64,000 nt of DNA from positions 66,272,862 to 66,336,861 of the forward strand of contig NC_090399.1 in NCBI RefSeq assembly GCF_036365525.1. Direction: 5' to 3'. Origin of the DNA: Heterodontus francisci. Its lineage: Eukaryota. The notes under the pieces were generated by a model. It did not search any database and was not told the DNA's origin. It saw only the letters and a program-made list of their open reading frames with translations. This document shows, one piece after another, positions 27,001 to 38,600 of this stretch; within the stretch, counting starts at the first letter, position 1; every line of letters begins with the position of its first letter. The position numbers and the translations under genes were made by a program.

Positions 27001-30000
27001 TCCCTCGCTCTCAGTTCCCCCTCACTCGTTCCCTCGCTCTCAGTTCCCCCTCACTCGTTCCCTCGCTCTCAGTTACCCCCTCACTCGTTCACTCACTCTC
27101 AGTTCCCCCCTCACTCGTTCACTCACTCTCAGTTCCCCCCTCACTCTCAGTTCCCCCCTCACTCGTTCGCTCACTCTCAGTTCCCCCCTCACTCGTTCGC
27201 TCACTCTCAGTTCCCCCCTCACTCGTTCGCTCACTCTCAGTTCCCCCCTCACTCGTTCGCTCACTCTCAGTTCCCCCCTCACTCGTTCGCTCGCTCTCAG
27301 TTCCCCCCTCACTCGTTCGCTCGCTCTCAGTTCCCCCCTCACTCGTTCGCTCGCTCTCAGTTCCCCCCTCACTCGTTCGCTCGCTCTCAGTTCCCCCCTC
27401 ACTCGTTCTGTCGCTCTCAGTTCCCCCGTCACTCGTCCCCTCGCTCTCAGTTCCCCCCTCACCTGTTCCGTCGCTCTCAGTTCCCCCCTCACTCGTTCCC
27501 TCGCTCTCAGTTCCCCCCTCACCTGTTCCGTCGCTCTCAGTTCCCCCCTCACTCGTTCCCTCGCTCTCAGTTCCCCTCTCACTCACTCACTCGCTCTCAG
27601 TTCCCCCCTCACTCGTTCCCTCGCTCTCAGTTCCCCCCTCACTCGTTCACTCGCTCTCAGTTCCCCCGTCACTCGTCCCCTCGCTCTCAGTTCCCCCCTC
27701 ACTCGATCCCTCGCTCTCAGTTCCCCCCTCACTCGATCCCTCGCTCTCAGTTCCCCCCTCACTCGTTCCCTCGCTCTCAGTTCCCCCCTCACCTGTTCTG
27801 TCGCTCACAGTTCCCCCTCACTCGTCCCCTCGCTCTCAGTTCCCCCCTCACTCGATCCCTCGCTCTCAGTTCCCCCCTCACTCGATCCCTCGCTCTCAGT
27901 TCCCCCCTCACTCGTTCCCTCGCTCTCAGTTCCCCCCTCACCTGTTCTGTCGCTCACAGTTCCCCCTCACTCGTCCCCTCGCTCTCAGTTCCCCCCTCAC
28001 TCGTTCGCTCGCTCTCAGTTCCCCCCTCACTCGTTCTGTCGCTCTCAGTTCCCCCCTCACTCGTCCCCTCGCTCTCAGTTCCCCCCTCACCTGTTCCGTC
28101 GCTCTCAGTTCCCCCCTCACTCGTTCCCTCGCTCTCAGTTCTCCCCTCACCTGTTCCGTCGCTCTCAGTTCCCCCCTCACTCGTTCCCTCGCTCTCAGTT
28201 CCCCCCTCACTCGTTCCCTCGCTCTCAGTTCCCCCCTCACTCGTTCCCTCGCTCTCAGTTCCCCCCTCACTCGTTCCCTCGCTCTCAGTTCCCCCCTCAC
28301 TCGTTCACTCGCTCTCAGTTCCCCCCTCACTCGTTCACTCGCTCTGAGTTCCCCCCTCACTCGTTCACTCGCTCTCAGTTCCCCCCTCACTCGTTCACAC
28401 GCTCTCAGTTCCCCCCTCACTCGTTCCCTCGCTCTCAGTTCCCCCGCTCTCAGTTCCCCCCTCACTCGTTCCCTCGCTCTCAGTTCCCCCCTCACTCGTT
28501 CCCTCGCTCTCAGTTCCCCCCTCACTCGTTCCCTCGCTCTCAGTTCCCCCCTCACTCGTTCACTCGCTCTCAGTTCCCCCCTCACTCGTCCCCTCGCTCT
28601 CAGTTCCCCCCTCACTCGTTCACTCGCTCTCAGTTCCCCCCTCACTCGTTCACTCGCTCTCAGTTCCCCCCTCACTCGTTCTCAGTTCCCCCCTCACTCG
28701 TTCGCTCGCTCTCAGTTCCCCCCTCACTCGTTCGCTCGCTCTCAGTTTCCCCCTCACTCGTTCGCTCGCTCTCAGTTACCCCCTCACTCGTTCGCTCGCT
28801 CTCAGTTCCCCCCTCACTCGTCCCCTCGCTCTCAGTTCCCCCCTCACTCGTCCCCTCGCTCTCAGTTCCCCCCTCACTCGTCCCCTCGCTCTCAGTTCCC
28901 CCCTCACTCGTCCCCTCGCTCTCAGTTCCCCCTCACTCGTCCCCTCGCTCTCAGTTCCCCCTCACTCGTCCCCTCGCTCTCAGTTCCCCCCTCACTCGTC
29001 CCCTCGCTCTCAGTTCCCCCCTCACTCGTTCCCTCGCTCTCAGTTCCCCCCTCACTCGTTCACACACTATCAGTTCCCCCCTCACTCGTTCCCTCGCTCT
29101 CAGTTCCCCCCTCACTCGTTCACTCGCTATCAGTTCCCCCCTCACTCGTTCACTCGCTATCAGTTCCCCCCTCACTCGTTCCCTCGCTCTCAGTTCCCCC
29201 TCACTCGTTCCCTCGCTCTCAGTTACCCCCTCACTCGTTCACTCACTCTCAGTTCCCCCCTCACTCGTTCACTCACTCTCAGTTCCCCCCTCACTCGTTC
29301 ACTCACTCTCAGTTCCCCCCTCACTCTCAGTTCCCCCCTCACTCGTTCGCTCACTCTCAGTTCCCCCCTCACTCGTTCGCTCACTCTCAGTTCCCCCCTC
29401 ACTCGTTCGCTCACTCTCAGTTCCCCCCTCACTCGTTCGCTCACTCTCAGTTCCCCCCTCACCCGTTCGCTCGCTGTCAGTTCCCCCCTCACCCGTTCGC
29501 TCGCTCTCAGTTCCCCCCTCACTCGTTCGCTCGCTCTCAGTTCCCCCTCACTCGTTCGCTCACTCTCAGTTCCCCCCTCACTCGTTCTGTCGCTCTCAGT
29601 TCCCCCCTCACTCGTCCCCTCGCTCTCAGTTCCCCCCTCACCTGTTCCGTCGCTCTCAGTTCCCCCCTCACTCGTTCCCTCGCTCTCAGTTCCCCTCTCA
29701 CTCGTTCACTCGCTCTCAGTTCCCCCCTCACTCGTCCCCTCGCTCTCAGTTCCCCCCTCACTCGTCCCCTCGCTCTCAGTTCCCCCCTCACTCGTCCCCT
29801 CGCTCTCAGTTCCCCCCTCACTCTCAGTTCCCCCCTCACTCGTTCCCTCGCTCTCAGTTCCCCCCTCACTCGTTCCCTCGCTCTCAGTTCCCCCCTCACT
29901 CGTTCACGCACTCTCAGTTCCCCCGTCACTCGTTCCCTCGCTCTCAGTTACCCCCTCACTCGTTCCCTCGCTCTCAGTTACCCCCTCACTCGTTCCCTCG

Positions 30001-32690
30001 CTCTCAGTTCCCCCCTCACTCGTCCCCTCGTTCTCGATTCCCCCCTCACTCGTTCACTCACTATCAGTTCCCCCCTCACTCGTTCCCTCGCTCTCAGTTC
30101 CCCCCTCACTCGTTCCCTCGCTCTCAGTTCCCCCCTCACTCGTTCACACACTATCAGTTCCCCCCTCACTCGTTCCCTCGCTCTCAGTTCCCCCCTCACT
30201 CGTTCACTCGCTATCAGTTCCCCCCTCACTCGTTCACTCGCTATCAGTTCCCCCCTCACTCGTTCCCTCGCTCTCAGTTCCCCCTCACTCGTTCCCTCGC
30301 TCTCAGTTACCCCCTCACTCGTTCACTCACTCTCAGTTCCCCCCTCACTCGTTCACTCACTCTCAGTTCCCCCCTCACTCTCAGTTCCCCCCTCACTCGT
30401 TCGCTCACTCTCAGTTCCCCCCTCACTCGTTCGCTCACTCTCAGTTCCCCCCACACTCGTTCGCTCACTCTCAGTTCCCCCCTCACTCGTTCACTCACTC
30501 TCAGTTCCCCCCTCACTCGTTCGCTCACTCTCAGTTCCCCCCTCACTCGTTCGCTCACTCTCAGTTCCCCCCTCACTCGTTCGCTCACTCTCAGTTCCCC
30601 CCTCACTCGTTCGCTCACTCTCAGTTCCCCCCTCACTCGTTCGCTCACTCTCAGTTCCCCCCTCACTCGTTCTCTCGCTCTCAGTTCCCCCCTCACTCGT
30701 CCCCTCGCTCTCAGTTCCCCCCTCACCTGTTCCGTCGCTCTCAGTTCCCCCCTCACTCGTTCCCTCGCTCTCAGTTCTCCCCTCACCTGTTCCGTCGCTC
30801 TCAGTTCCCCCCTCACTCGTTCCCTCGCTCTCAGTTCCCCCACACTCGTCCCCTCGCTCTCAGTTCCCCCCTCACTCGTTCCCTCGCTCTCAGTTCCCCC
30901 CTCACTCGTTCACTCGCTCTCAGTTCCCCCGTCACTCGTCCCCTCGCTCTCAGTTCCCCCCTCACTCGTTCCCTCGCTCTCAGTTCCCCCCTCACTTGTT
31001 CCCTCGCTCTCAGTTCCCCCCTCACCCGTTCACACGCACTTAGTTCCCCCCTCACATGTTCACTCGCTCTCAGTTCCCCCCTCACTCGCTCCCTCGCTCT
31101 CAGTTCCCCCCTCACTCGTCCCCTCGCTCTCATTTCACCCCTCACTCGTTCCCTCGCTCTCAATTCCCCCCTCACTCGTTCCCTCGCTCTCAGTTCCCCC
31201 CTCACTCGTCCCCTCGCTCTCAGTTCCCCCCTCACTCGTCCCCTCGCTCTCAGTTCCCCCCTCACTCGTTCGCTCACTCTCAGTTCCCCCCTCACTCGTA
31301 CGCTCACTCTCAGTTCCCCCCTCACTCGTTCGCTGACTCTCAGTTCCCACCTCACTCGTTCGCTGACTCTCAGTTCCCACCTCACTCGTTCGCTCACTCT
31401 CAGTTCCCACCTCACTCGTTCGCTCACTCTCACTTCTCCCGTCACTGGTTCACTCGCACTCAGTTCCCCCCTGACTCGCTCACTCACTCTCAGTTCCCCC
31501 CTCACTCGTTCGCTCGCTCTCAGTTCCCCCCTCATTCATTCACTCACTCACTCTCAGTTCCCCCCTCATTCGTTCACTCGCTCTCAGTTCCCCCCTCACT
31601 CGTTCACCCGCTCTCAGTTCCCCCCTCGCTCGTTCTCTCGCTCTCAGTTCCCCCCTCGCTCGTTCCCTCGCTCTCAGTTCCACCCTCGCTCATCCCCTCG
31701 CTCTCAGTTCCACCCTCGCTCTCAGTTCCCCCCTCACTCGTTCCCTCGCTCTCAGTTCCCCCCTCACTCGTTCCCTCGCTCTCAGTTACCCCCTCACTCG
31801 TTCCCTCGCTCTCAGTTACCCCCTCACTCGTTCCCTCGCTCTCAGTTCCCCCCTCACTCGTTCCCTCGCTCTCAGTTCCCCCCTCACTCGTTCCCTCGCT
31901 CTCAGTTCCCCCCTCACTCGTTCCCTCGCTCTCAGTTCCCCCCTCACTCGTTCCCTCGCTCTCAGTTCCCCCCCTCACTCGTTCCCTCGCTCTCAGTTCC
32001 CCCCTCACTCGTTCCCTCGCTCTCAGTTCCCCCCTCACTCGTTCCCTCGCTCTCAGTTCCCCCCTCACTCGTTCCCTCGCTCTCAGTTCCCCCCTCACTC
32101 GTTCCCTCGCACTCAGTTCCCCCCTCACTCGTTCACGTCGCTCTCAGATCCCCCCTCACTCGTTCACTCGTTCTCAGATCCCCCCTCACTCGTTCCCTGA
32201 CTCTCAGTTCCCCCCTCACTCGTTCCCTGACTCTCAGTTTCCCCCTCACTCGTCCCCCCGCTCAGTTCCCCCCTCACTTGTTCCCTCGCTCTCAGTTACC
32301 CCCTCGCTCTCAGTTCCCCCCTCGCTCGTCCCCTCGCTCTCAGTTCCCCCCTCGCTCTCAGTTCCCCCCTCGCTCGTTTCCTCGCTCTCAGTTCCCCCCT
32401 CACCTGTTCTGTCGCTCACAGTTCCCCCTCACTCGTCCCCTCGCTCTCAGTTCCCCCCTCACTCGTTCCCTCGCTCTCAGTTCCCCCCTCACTCGTTCCC
32501 TCGCTCTCAGTTCCCCCCTCACTCGTTCACTCGCTCTCAGTTCCCCCCTCACTCGTTCACTCGCTCTTAGTTCCCCCCTCACTCGTTCCCTCGCTCTCAG
32601 TTCCCCCCTCACTCGTTCCCTCGCTCTCAGTTCCCCCCTCACTCGTTCCCTCGCTCTCAGTTCCCCCCTCACTCGTTCACTCGCTCTCAG
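15090..32690 (+). repeat. ~8.78-kb tandem higher-order duplication (copy 1 ~15090-23870; copy 2 ~23870-32690)
   Basis: Many rare variants recur at offsets 8750-8810: CCCTGTCTCG (~15884/~24635), TATCTCAG (15961/~24742), GTTGCTCGCT (~18099/~26850), CTCTGAG (~19591/~28342), GCTGTCAG (~20693/~29473), TTCACGCA (~21153/~29903), GCTCTTAG (23782/32563). The ORF track pairs 16071-16628 and 24852-25409 are offset by 8781. Confidence 0.95.
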
Positions 32691-35600
32691 TTCCCCCCTC
32701 ACTCGTTCACTCGCTCTCAGTTCCCCCCTCACTCGTTCACTCGCTCTCAGTTCCCCCCTCACTCGTTCACTCGCTCTCAGTTCCCCCCTCACTCGTTCAC
32801 TCGCTATCAGTTCCCCCCTCACTCGTTCACTCGCTATCAGTTCCCCCCTCACTCGTTCCCTCGCTCTCAGTTCCCCCTCACTCGTTCCCTCGCTCTCAGT
32901 TACCCCCTCACTCGTTCACACACTATCAGTTCCCCCCTCACTCGTTCCCTCGCTCTCAGTTCCCCCCTCACTCGTTCACTCGCTATCAGTTCCCCCCTCA
33001 CTCGTTCACATCGCTATCAGTTCCCCCCTCACTCGTTCCCTCGCTCTCAGTTCCCCCTCACTCGTTCCCTCGCTCTCAGTTACCCCCTCACTCGTTCACT
33101 CACTCTCAGTTCCCCCCTCACTCGTTCACTCACTCTCAGTTCCCCCCTCACTCGTTCACTCACTCTCAGTTCCCCCCTCACTCTCAGTTCCCCCCTCACT
33201 GGTTCGCTCACTCTCAGTTCCCCCCTCACTCGTTCGCTCACTCTCAGTTCCCCCCACACTCGTTCGCTCACTCTCAGTTCCCCCCTCACTCGTTCACTCA
33301 CTCTCAGTTCCCCCCTCACTCGTTCGCTCACTCTCAGTTCCCCCCTCACTCGTTCGCTCACTCTCAGTTCCCCCCTCACTCGTTCTGTCGCTCTCAGTTA
33401 CCCCCTCACTCGTCCCCTCGCTCTCAGTTCCCCCCTCACCTGTTCTGTCGCTCTCAGTTCCCCCCTCACTCGTCCCCTCGCTCTCAGTTCCCCCCTCACC
33501 TGTTCCGTCGCTCTCAGTTCCCCCCTCACTCGTTCGCTCACTCTCAGTTCCCCCCTCACTCGTTCTGTCGCTCTCAGTTCCCCCCTCACTCGTCCCCTCG
33601 CTCTCAGTTCCCCCCTCACCTGTTCTGTCGCTCTCAGTTCCCCCCTCACTCGTCCCCTCGCTCTCATTTCACCCCTCACTCGTTCCCTCGCTCTCAATTC
33701 CCCCCTCACTCGTTCCCTCGCTCTCAGTTCCCCCCTCACTCGTCCCCTCGCTCTCAGTTCCCCCCTCACTCGTCCCCTCGCTCTCAGTTCCCCCCTCACT
33801 CGTTCCCTCGCTCTCAGTTCCCCCTCACTCGTTCGCTCACTCTCAGTTCCCCCCTCACTCGTACGCTCACTCTCAGTTCCCACCTCACTCGTTCCCTCGC
33901 TCTCAGTTCCCCCCCTCACTCGTTCCCTCGCTCTCAGTTCCCCCCTCACTCGTTCCCTCGCTCTCAGTTCCCCCCTCACTCGTTCCCTCGCTCTCAGTTC
34001 CCTCCTCACTCGTTCCCTCGCACTCAGTTCCCCCCTCACTCGTTCACTCGCTCTCAGATCCCCCCTCACTCGTTCACTCGTTCTCAGATCCCCCCTCACT
34101 CGTTCCCTGACTCTCAGTTCCCCCCTCACTCGTTCCCTGACTCTCAGTTTCCCCCTCACTCGTCCCCCCGCTCAGTTCCCCCCTCACTTGTTCCCTCGCT
34201 CTCAGTTCCCCCCTCGCTCTCAGTTCCCCCCTCGCTCTCAGTTCCCCCCTCGCTCTCAGTTCCCCCCTCGCTCTCAGTTCCCCCCTCGCTCTCAGTTCCC
34301 CCCTCGCTCGTTTCCTCGCTCTCAGTTCCCCCCTCACTCGTTCCCTCGCTCTCAGTTCCCACCTCACTCGTTCCCTCGCTCTCAGTTCCCCCCTCACTCG
34401 TTCCCTCGCTCTCAGTTCCCCCCTCACTCGTTCACTCGCTCTCAGTTCCCCCCTCACTCGTTCACTCGCTCTCAGTTCCCCCCTCACTCGTTCACTCGCT
34501 CTCAGTTCCCCCCTCACTCGTTCACTCGCTCTCAGTTCCCCCCTCACTCGTTCACTCGCTCTCAGTTCCCCCCTCACTCGTTCACTCGCTCTCAGTTCCC
34601 CCCTCACTCGTTCACTTCGCTCTCAGTTCCCCCTCACTCGTTCACACGCTCTCAGTTCCCCCCTCACTCGTTCCCTCGCTCTCAGTTCCCCCGCTCTCAG
34701 TTCCCCCCTCACTCGTTCACTCGCTCTCAGTTCCCCCCTCACTCGTTCACTCGCTCTCAGTTCCCCCCTCACTCGTTCACACGCTCTCAGTTCCCCCCTC
34801 ACTCGTTCCCTCGCTCTCAGTTCCCCCCTCACTCGTTCCCTCGCTCTCAGTTCCCCACTCACTCGTTCCCTCGCTCTCAGTTCCCCCCTCACTCGTTCCC
34901 TCGCTCTCAGTTCCCCCCTCACTCGTTCACACGCTCTCAGTTCCCCCCTCACTCGTTCACTCGCTCTCAGTTCCCCCCTCACTCGTTCCCTCGCTCTCAG
35001 TTCCCCCCTCACTCGGTAACTCGCTCTCAGTTCCCCCCTCACTCGTCCCCTCGCTCTCAGTTCCCCCCTCACTCGTTCACACGCTCTCAGTTCCCCCCTC
35101 ACTCGTCCCCTCGCTCTCAGTTCCCCCCTCACTCGTCCCCTCGCTCTCAGTTCCCCCCTCACTCGTTCCCTCGCTCTCAGTTCCCCCCTCACTCGTTCCC
35201 TCGCTCTCAGTTCCCCCCTCACTCGTTCACTCACTCTCAGTTCCCGCGTCACTCGTTCCCTCGTTCTCGATTCCCCCCTCACTCGTTCACTCACTATCAG
35301 TTCCCCCCTCACTCATTCCCTCGCTCTCAGTTCCCCCCTCACTCGTTCACACGCTCTCAGTTCCCCCCTCACTCGTTCCCTCGCTCTCAGTTCCCCCCTC
35401 ACTCGTCCCCTCGTTCTCGATTCCCCCCTCACTCGTTCACTCACTATCAGTTCCCCCCTCACTCGTTCCCTCGCTCTCAGTTCCCCCCTCACTCGTTCCC
35501 TCGCTCTCAGTTCCCCCCTCACTCGTTCACACACTATCAGTTCCCCCCTCACTCGTTCCCTCGCTCTCAGTTCCCCCCTCACTCGTTCACTCGCTATCAG

Positions 35601-38600
35601 TTCCCCCCTCACTCGTTCACTCGCTATCAGTTCCCCCCTCACTCGTTCACTCTCTCTCAGTTCCCCCCTCACTCGTTCACTCACTCTCAGTTCCCCCCTC
35701 ACTCGTTCACTCACTCTCAGTTCCCCCCTCACTCTCAGTTCCCCCCTCACTCGTTCGCTCACTCTCAGTTCCCCCCTCACTCGTTCGCTCACTCTCAGTT
35801 CCCCCCTCACTCGTTCGCTCACTCTCAGTTCCCCCCACACTCGTTCGCTCACTCTCAGTTCCCCCCACACTCGTTCACTCACTCTCAGTTCCCCCCTCAC
35901 TCGTTCACTCACTCTCAGTTCCCCCCTCACTCGTTCGCTCACTCTCAGTTCCCCCCTCACTCGTTCGCTCACTCTCAGTTCCCCCCTCACTCGTTCTGTC
36001 GCTCTCAGTTCCCCCCTCACTCGTCCCCTCGCTCTCAGTTCCCCCCTCACCTGTTCTGTCGCTCTCAGTTCCCCCCTCACTCGTCCCCTCGCTCTCAGTT
36101 CCCCCCTCACCTGTTCCGTCGCTCTCAGTTCCCCCCTCACTCGTTCCCTCGCTCTCAGTTCCCCCCTCACCTGTTCTGTCGCTCTCAGTTCCCCCCTCAC
36201 TCGTCCCCTCGCTCTCAGTTCCCCCCTCACCTGTTCCGTCGCTCTCAGTTCCCCCCTCACTCGTTCGCTCACTCTCAGTTCCCCCCTCACTCGTTCCCTC
36301 GCTCTCAGTTCCGCCACACTCGTCCCCTCGCTCTCAGTTCCCCCCTCACTCGTTCCCTCGCTCTCAGTTCCCCCCTCACTTGTTCCCTCGCTCTCAGTTC
36401 CCCCCTCACCCGTTCACACGCACTTAGTTCCCCCCTCACATGTTCACTCGCTCTCAGTTCCCCCCTCACTCGTCCCCTCGCTCTCATTTCACCCCTCACT
36501 CGTTCCCTCGCTCTCAATTCCCCCCTCACTCGTTCCCTCGCTCTCAGTTCCCCCCTCACTCGTCCCCTCGCTCTCAGTTCCCCCCTCACTCGTCCCCTCG
36601 CTCTCAGTTCCCCCCTCACTCGTTCCCTCGCTCTCAGTTCCCCCCTCACTCGTACGCTCACTCTCAGTTCCCCCCTCACTCGTTCGCTGACTCTCAGTTC
36701 CCACCTCACTCGTTCGCTCACTCTCAGTTCCCACCTCACTCGTTCGCTCACTCTCACTTCTCCCGTCACTGGTTCACTCGCACTCAGTTCCCCCCTGACT
36801 CGCTCACTCACTCTCAGTTCCCCCCTCATTCATTCACTCACTCTCAGTTCCCCCCTCATTCGTTCACTCGCTCTCAGTTCCCCCCTCACTCGTTCACCCG
36901 CTCTCAGTTCCCCCCTCGCTCGTTCTCTCGCTCTCAGTTCCCCCCTCGCTCGTTCCCTCGCTCTCAGTTCCACCCTCGCTCATCCCCTCGCTCTCAGTTC
37001 CACCCTCGCTCTCAGTTCCCCCCTCACTCGTTCCCTCGCTCTCAGTTCCCCCCTCACTCGTTCCCTCGCTCTCAGTTCCCCCCTCACTCGTTCCCTCGCT
37101 CTCAGTTACCCCCTCACTCGTTCCCTCGCTCTCAGTTACCCCCTCACTCGTTCCCTCGCTCTCAGTTACCCCCTCACTCGTTCCCTCGCTCTCAGTTCCC
37201 CCCTCACTCGTTCCCTCGCTCTCAGTTCCCCCCTCACTCGTTCCCTCGCTCTCAGTTCCCCCCTCACTCGTTCCCTCGCTCTCAGTTCCCCCCCTCACTC
37301 GTTCCCTCGCTCTCAGTTCCCCCCTCACTCGTTCCCTCGCTCTCAGTTCCCCCCTCACTCGTTCCCTCGCTCTCAGTTCCCCCCTCACTCGTTCCCTCGC
37401 TCTCAGTTCCCTCCTCACTCGTTCCCTCGCACTCAGTTCCCCCCTCACTCGTTCACTCGCTCTCAGATCCCCCCTCACTCGTTCACTCGTTCTCAGATCC
37501 CCCCTCACTCGTTCCCTGACTCTCAGTTCCCCCCTCACTCGTTCCCTGACTCTCAGTTTCCCCCTCACTCGTCCCCCCTCTCAGTTACCCCCTCGCTCTC
37601 AGTTCCCCCCTCGCTCGTCCCCTCGCTCTCAGTTCCCCCCTCGCTCTCAGTTCCCCCCTCGCTCTCAGTTCCCCCCTCGCTCTCAGTTCCCCCCTCGCTC
37701 TCAGTTCCCCCCTCGCTCGTTCCCTCGCTCTCAGTTCCCCCCTCACTCGTTCCCTCGCTCTCAGTTCCCCCCTCACTCGTTCCCTCGCTCTCAGTTCCCC
37801 CCTCACTCGTCCCCTCGCTCTCAGTTCCCCCCTCACTCGATCCCTCGCTCTCAGTTCCCCCCTCACTCGTTCCCTCGCTCTCAGTTCCCCCCTCACTCGT
37901 TCCCTCGCTCTCAGTTCCCCCCTCACTCGTTCCCTCGCTCTCAGTTCCCCCCTCACTCGTTCCCTCGCTCTCAGTTCCCCCCTCACTCGTTCCCTCGCTC
38001 TCAGTTCCCCCCTCACTCGTTCCCTCGCTCTCAGTTCCCCCCTCACCTGTTCTGTCGCTCACAGTTCCCCCTCACTCGTCCCCTCGCTCTCAGTTCCCAC
38101 CTCACTCGTTCCCTCGCTCTTAGTTCCCCCCCTCACTCGTTCCCTCGCTCTCAGTTCCCCCCTCACTCGTTCACTCGCTCTCAGTTCCCCCCTCACTCGT
38201 TCACTCGCTCTCAGTTCCCCCCTCACTCGTTCACTCGCTCTCAGTTCCCCCCTCACTTGTTCACTCGCTCTCAGTTCCCCCCTCACTCGTTCACTCGCTC
38301 TCAGTTCCCCCCTCACTCGTTCACTCGCTCTCAGTTCCCCCCTCACTCGTTCACTCGCTCTCAGTTCCCCCCTCACTCGTTCACACGCTCTCAGTTCCCC
38401 CCTCACTCGTTCCCTCGCTCTCAGTTCCCCCGCTCTCAGTTCCCCCCTCACTCGTTCACTCGCTCTCAGTTCCCCCCTCACTCGTTCACTCGCTCTCAGT
38501 TCCCCCCTCACTCGTTCACACGCTCTCAGTTCCCCCCTCACTCGTTCCCTCGCTCTCAGTTCCCCCCTCACTCGTTCCCTCGCTCTCAGTTCCCCCCTCA

